Virus record (IMG/VR): IMGVR_UViG_3300025018_000137
Coordinates: 1-64,000 of that record
Direction: 5' to 3' (one strand)
Length of the DNA stretch: 64,000 nucleotides
Source: a virus
Lineage: Duplodnaviria; Caudoviricetes
Shown here: positions 60,748 to 64,000 of the stretch, piece by piece
Position numbering within the stretch: the first letter of the stretch is position 1
Layout: each line of letters starts with the position of its first letter
Translations under genes and position numbers: made by a program
Notes under the pieces: generated by a model
What the model saw: the letters and a program-made list of their open reading frames with translations, nothing else
What the model was told of the DNA's origin: nothing
The model's database searches: none

Positions 60748-61248
60748 TCAGATGTAATCGATTTCACCATCGTCTCCCGAGTCGAGAAGCGAGATTTCTA
60801 GGTTCGTGGTCGCGTATATGTACCCGTCAGGAAGCATATCGCGACGCACGCCCATTTCGGTGAGACTACGTGTCAGCTCGTCGAGCATGGGCTGCCGGAA
60901 GTGGCCAACCAGCCCTTCATTCAAGGTCGCAAACTCCTCCGCCGCTCTACGCATACCGCTTGTTTGGTAGGTGGTGCGGGCTATGTCGGAAACAGAGTGC
61001 GACTCCGAGACGTAATGCAAGATCACCGCTACCTGTACCGCCAGAGTATGGGCCATGCCCTCCGCAGCCTGAACCCGGGCCGAAAGTCGAACGACTTCCT
61101 GCGCCAAGTCCTGCAAACGTCGCTGGTCAGCCCGGGTACCTGCTGCGGCACCGGCGCGTCCGGATGCTCTGCCTATCGATACCTTGGCTCTCTGAGCAGT
61201 ACGAGTAGGCTTCTTCTTCCGACGACGTACAGGTCTGTCGGTCATCAA
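60748..61248 (-). CDS. Hypothetical coiled-coil protein (166 aa)
   Basis: GGAGG SD, overlap with the upstream stop. Confidence 0.65.
   Translation of the reverse strand: MMTDRPVRRRKKKPTRTAQRAKVSIGRASGRAGAAAGTRADQRRLQDLAQEVVRLSARVQAAEGMAHTLAVQVAVILHYVSESHSVSDIARTTYQTSGMRRAAEEFATLNEGLVGHFRQPMLDELTRSLTEMGVRRDMLPDGYIYATTNLEISLLDSGDDGEIDYI
60752..60767. promoter_or_regulatory. Palindromic motif copy ATGTAATCGATTTCAC
   Basis: Exact core, in the last codons of 60748-61248 and 25 bp upstream of the next ATG. Confidence 0.7.
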
Positions 61249-61991
61249 TCGTCCTCCGCGAGTTCCGCGATGTACTTTTCCACGCTATCGTTGACTAGAG
61301 CGTGAGTGAACGTGGGCGTGAAGTCCGCTTCGATCAGCTCGCGGTCTGCCGGTTCGATCCCCAAATATACCGACAGAGCCTCTACTACCGCCGATACATC
61401 GCGTCTGCGCTCCAGTTCGCGGTCCACGTTGCGGACCTTGCCCTTGATCGAGGCGTCACAGCGGAGTGCCGATACTTCGCTCTGGAGCGCAAGTAGCCTT
61501 TCCCGCAGGCAGTTGTTCTCGTTGAGGTGCCTTTCCGAGTAGGATTCCGCCGACGACAGTCGGAGCCGTAGGCCGTGGGCCGTGTCTTCCAGCTCCGATG
61601 CTCGGTCCCGAAATTCTTTGCGCAGCGCTTCGGTGACCTCATTGGCCCGGGTCTCCACGATGCTGTCCGCGATCCGCTCGATCGCCGTCCGCCGCTGAGT
61701 CGGAACCTGCGCGCGGCCTAGCTTGATCTTGCGACCCGCAGCCTTCTTGAGTGGGACCGGACGATGGGCGCGGGCCGATTCGATCAGGGATATGAGCTGA
61801 AGGGAGGTGTGGACAATGGGGACTTTCGGGGACACGGCAACGACGCCGTGTACGATGTACTCCGCCCCCTTTGGGAGCTTCGAGGCAAAGGTTACTTCGG
61901 CATGCGGGAATCCTATCTCACGAAGTTCTTTCTGTGCTTGCGCCGCGAAAGCGATAGTGTCGACCGTCAGCGGTGTGTTTGCATCCATCAT
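61245..61991 (-). CDS. Hypothetical coiled-coil protein (248 aa)
   Basis: AAGGAG SD, clean ORF. Confidence 0.7.
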   Translation of the reverse strand: MMDANTPLTVDTIAFAAQAQKELREIGFPHAEVTFASKLPKGAEYIVHGVVAVSPKVPIVHTSLQLISLIESARAHRPVPLKKAAGRKIKLGRAQVPTQRRTAIERIADSIVETRANEVTEALRKEFRDRASELEDTAHGLRLRLSSAESYSERHLNENNCLRERLLALQSEVSALRCDASIKGKVRNVDRELERRRDVSAVVEALSVYLGIEPADRELIEADFTPTFTHALVNDSVEKYIAELAEDD

Positions 61992-62047
61992 CTGATGTCT
62001 CCTTGGCTGTCCTGTGCGTCAAGTATACCGTACCGAAGAATTCAATA

Positions 62048-62536
62048 CTACTTCTCAGTGCTTTCCTGTGCCGAAGATTGGTTCCTGTCCAGCGCCTCGT
62101 TTAGCTCCTCAACCAGTTCGTAGCTGGGCGGGCACACCAAGAAGTACAGAGTGTATGCCGCGACCGCGACCGGGGCCATGATCGACAGTAGCCCGGACCC
62201 CCACGTTGCCGGCCCGGGGGATAGCAGGGTATGGAGTAAAGTGACGGCGACTACAGGCGATGCGAACTCCGTCATGGTGCCGAGGGCATTCCAGATCTTG
62301 CCTTCCCGGATAAGGATTGACGCCATAACCCCGTCGATCTCCAACTGCCGGTGAGCGCTGCCGTCCACTAGCTGTATTGCAGAAACGAATATGGCGGGGA
62401 CGAACGACAGGACAAGCAGCAAGGCGGGCATGGCTGACAACTCCCCGAAGGTGGAGTACGCATACCCGTACCACAGTGCGGCTCCCCCGAGCGCGGGGGC
62501 TATCCCGGTCATCCTGATATTCAGACTGATTTGCAT
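62048..62536 (-). CDS. Hypothetical membrane protein (about 4 TM)
   Basis: AAGGAGG SD; four hydrophobic segments. Confidence 0.7.
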   Translation of the reverse strand: MQISLNIRMTGIAPALGGAALWYGYAYSTFGELSAMPALLLVLSFVPAIFVSAIQLVDGSAHRQLEIDGVMASILIREGKIWNALGTMTEFASPVVAVTLLHTLLSPGPATWGSGLLSIMAPVAVAAYTLYFLVCPPSYELVEELNEALDRNQSSAQESTEK

Positions 62537-62622
62537 TTTGATTCCTCCTTGGGGCTAGACGAGCATGGACAGCAATAGGACCGCCCATAGCATTGCAGAC
62601 TGCACGAAGTACGCCCGACGGC

Positions 62623-62799
62623 TCACGATCTTGGACGATCGAGAAGTTCCGTCCGGACTACCACGTATTCTTTGGGGGCGTCGAAGCCGATCCGGATAGA
62701 GTTCCGGGCGATCTGCAGAACCTTTACTTCGATGTCCGGCCCGCCGTTGGGGCACCGAATCAAGATGGATTCTTCTTCTCGTCGACTGAGTACCAGCAT
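62623..62799 (-). CDS. csrA: CsrA/RsmA-family RNA-binding translational regulator
   Basis: Start revised to 62799 (AAGGAGG SD). MLVLSRREEESILI...IEVKVL.....IRIGFDAPKEYVVVRTEL. Confidence 0.92.
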   Translation of the reverse strand: MLVLSRREEESILIRCPNGGPDIEVKVLQIARNSIRIGFDAPKEYVVVRTELLDRPRS

Positions 62800-62847
62800 A
62801 TTCTTTCCTCCTTGTGATTTGTCCGTCCATATTTGACGGCGAATAAT

Positions 62848-62876
62848 ACTATACGACTGATAGCCCCCGAAAGCAA
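62848..62876 (-). promoter_or_regulatory. Sigma70 promoter TTGCTT-17-TATAGT upstream of csrA
   Basis: ttgctttcgggggctatcagtcgtatagt. Confidence 0.6.
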
Positions 62877-62964
62877 CTGCCATCCCGCGTCGGTAGTGTC
62901 TCAGTTTGAATTCCGGGGCTTGTAGGGGCCGCGCTTCTTGGGTGCCGGTGCCCGCCCGTCCCAT

Positions 62965-63276
62965 CGTTTGACTTTGAAGATATTTCCGGAGAGAGAAGAT
63001 GATCCAGATCGGGGGTTTCTGGCTGCTCCAACCCGCGAACCTGTTGTATCTCGCAGCAGAGGAGCCGAAGCCATCGAGTCAGTCGTCGCCAGCCAAGAAA
63101 AGATGGCTTCGATAATCTGCAGCCGGGCAAACATTGATCCCGAGGAAGCGAGTGGACTCTTCCGAAGTCAAGCCACGAAGGGAACCGAGTTCGCACTCGA
63201 AGAAGGCATTTCCCATGAGGTACGCCAGTTCGTCGTCAAACAAGGCGTTCCCTTTCAGCAGCTGGTATTCCAATGA
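62965..63276 (+). pseudogene. N-terminally truncated ClpP-like protease fragment carried inside the IS remnant
   Basis: SQEKMASIICSRANIDPEEASGLFRSQATKGTEFALEEGISHEV...VPFQQLVFQ resembles the C-terminus of ClpP-like proteins. No SD or start. 5' boundary approximate. Confidence 0.45.
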
Positions 63277-63482
63277 TTTTTCAATCACTTATCTTTCCTC
63301 GCTATCTGACGAGCGACAAGTCATCGCGGGTCAACAGCGCCGCACCCAAACACTGTGTGCCACTCGAATCACCCGCATACCGCAGATCAGGTTGTTCGCG
63401 CCAACTTGGTGATGTCGAGAACGGTGCCGATTGTGAGGCAGAGTAGGCCATAGAGCAGAGGGCGTCCAATGATCAGAAGTTC

Positions 63483-63517
63483 GCCCACGGTGCATCCGCC
63501 AAAGATGCACCGTGGGC
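63483..63517. other. 14-bp perfect inverted repeat (hairpin, 7-nt loop)
   Basis: GCCCACGGTGCATC-cgccaaa-GATGCACCGTGGGC. Confidence 0.8.
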
Positions 63518-63808
63518 TGGCATGGTAGTCGCGGTCTTGCCGTGCCACCGCCCTACAGCAAGGGGGACGCAGAGTTTAGCGCATCTTCGAGGTGGGAATC
63601 AATAGACCGAGTCACACGAGGACGCAACGAATGTTTGTATTCGTTCGATCGTACCTTCGTTCCCGTTTCGGGAAGTTGGAACGAGTCCGCGCTCACTACC
63701 GGGCATACCCGGTGCGTTGATCGCGGTGACGGAACCGGCGGCGGAGAAGCGCCACAACCCACCCCAGAAGATCCGCAATCCCCGCCTATTTCAAACTGAG
63801 ACACTACC

Positions 63809-64000
63809 TCATCCCGCGTCGAGAATATTCTCGATCTGAGACACGAGGCTTTCAAACCCGTCCTCTTCGTAGTTCAGGACCGGGGCGAGGCCGAGGTCTG
63901 GACGCGAGCACGGCAATGCTCTGCCGGTGTCCTTGTCGATCAGGAAAGGGACGCTCATCGAGAACCCGCGATGTGCCATGACGTTCATGATTTCCTCGTC
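63809..64000 (-). CDS. 3' end of a phage gene running off the window, stopped at the IS junction
   Basis: ...DEEIMNVMAHRGFSMSVPFLIDKDTGRALPCSRPDLGLAPVLNYEEDGFESLVSQIENILDAG*. The TGA is formed at the element boundary. Confidence 0.5.
   Translation of the reverse strand, partial: DEEIMNVMAHRGFSMSVPFLIDKDTGRALPCSRPDLGLAPVLNYEEDGFESLVSQIENILDAG

Larger units (their letters stand above)
62892..63808. mobile_element. Non-autonomous IS1-family-like element (about 0.92 kb) with 19-bp terminal inverted repeats and an 11-bp flanking direct repeat
   Basis: IRL GGTAGTGTCTCAGTTTGAA (62892-62910) is the exact reverse complement of 63790-63808. CATCCCGCGTC lies at 62881-62891 and 63810-63820. A minus-strand ORF ends KKRGPYKPRNSN* inside the IRL, like IS1-type transposase C-termini (recall). 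Confidence 0.8.

Noticed and set aside
62022-62050. Sigma70 promoter upstream of 61991
   Set aside because: A TATACT -10 is present, but there is no -35 at 16-18 bp spacing and no TG extension.
62555-62964. Long ORFs 62555-62830 and the 5' extension of 62623-62964
   Set aside because: The first overlaps csrA out of frame. The extension crosses the IS end and promoter; the true csrA start is 62799.
62901-63288. Minus-strand ORFs 62901-63134, 62849-63196 and 63079-63288 as intact genes or a full transposase
   Set aside because: No DDE or IS1 core motifs. Only the last about 15 codons look transposase-like; the rest is antisense to the ClpP-like fragment.
1-64000. tRNA, rRNA, integrase, repressor, tail sheath, thymidylate or nucleotide-metabolism genes
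   Set aside because: No supporting motifs were seen by eye. tRNAscan-SE and HMM searches were not run, and such genes may lie outside the window.

Overview
This window is most of a tailed dsDNA phage genome with siphovirus-type morphogenesis genes and no tail sheath. Essentially all credible genes lie on the minus strand. No integrase, repressor, tRNA or CRISPR array is evident. CsrA, Acb2 and CmoA homologs suggest a proteobacterial, probably gammaproteobacterial, host (inference). Reading in the direction of transcription (high to low coordinates): (1) small early-type genes, including a CsrA homolog and an IS1-like remnant with terminal inverted repeats and a target duplication; (2) portal, XkdF-type protease, scaffold, major capsid, neck, tail tube, frameshifting tail chaperones, a 1391-aa tape measure, an Acb2 anti-CBASS gene, tail-tip genes, and a DUF5675 plus 3-TM holin lysis pair; (3) a Ycf46-type AAA ATPase / DUF1257 / DUF2997 module under twin sigma70 promoters; (4) a replication and recombination block with a split O-like initiator around iteron-like repeats, a degenerate loader, DnaB, family A polymerase with a UDG-like domain, primase, gp32-like SSB, SF2 helicase, RecA, a Cas4-like nuclease and two resolvases; (5) a histone-H1-like protein, ParB and ParB-ParB-methyltransferase; (6) a second lectin/fibre-like virion cluster, a PAS protein, a CmoA-like enzyme, and the terminase, whose large subunit carries an intein. 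Three patterns are not explained by these annotations. First, a 14-16 bp palindrome (TGWAAWCGWTTWCA) occurs 11 times exactly and at least 5 times with one mismatch across the genome, often just 5' of a ribosome-binding site. Second, ParB-fused methyltransferase and CmoA-like genes co-occur, a candidate site-loaded, SAM-analogue-dependent DNA modification system. Third, about 20 unrelated intracellular proteins carry Arg/Lys-rich terminal tags. All family assignments come from motif recognition by eye and need HMM or structure searches. Where I moved a start codon relative to the ORF track, this is stated.
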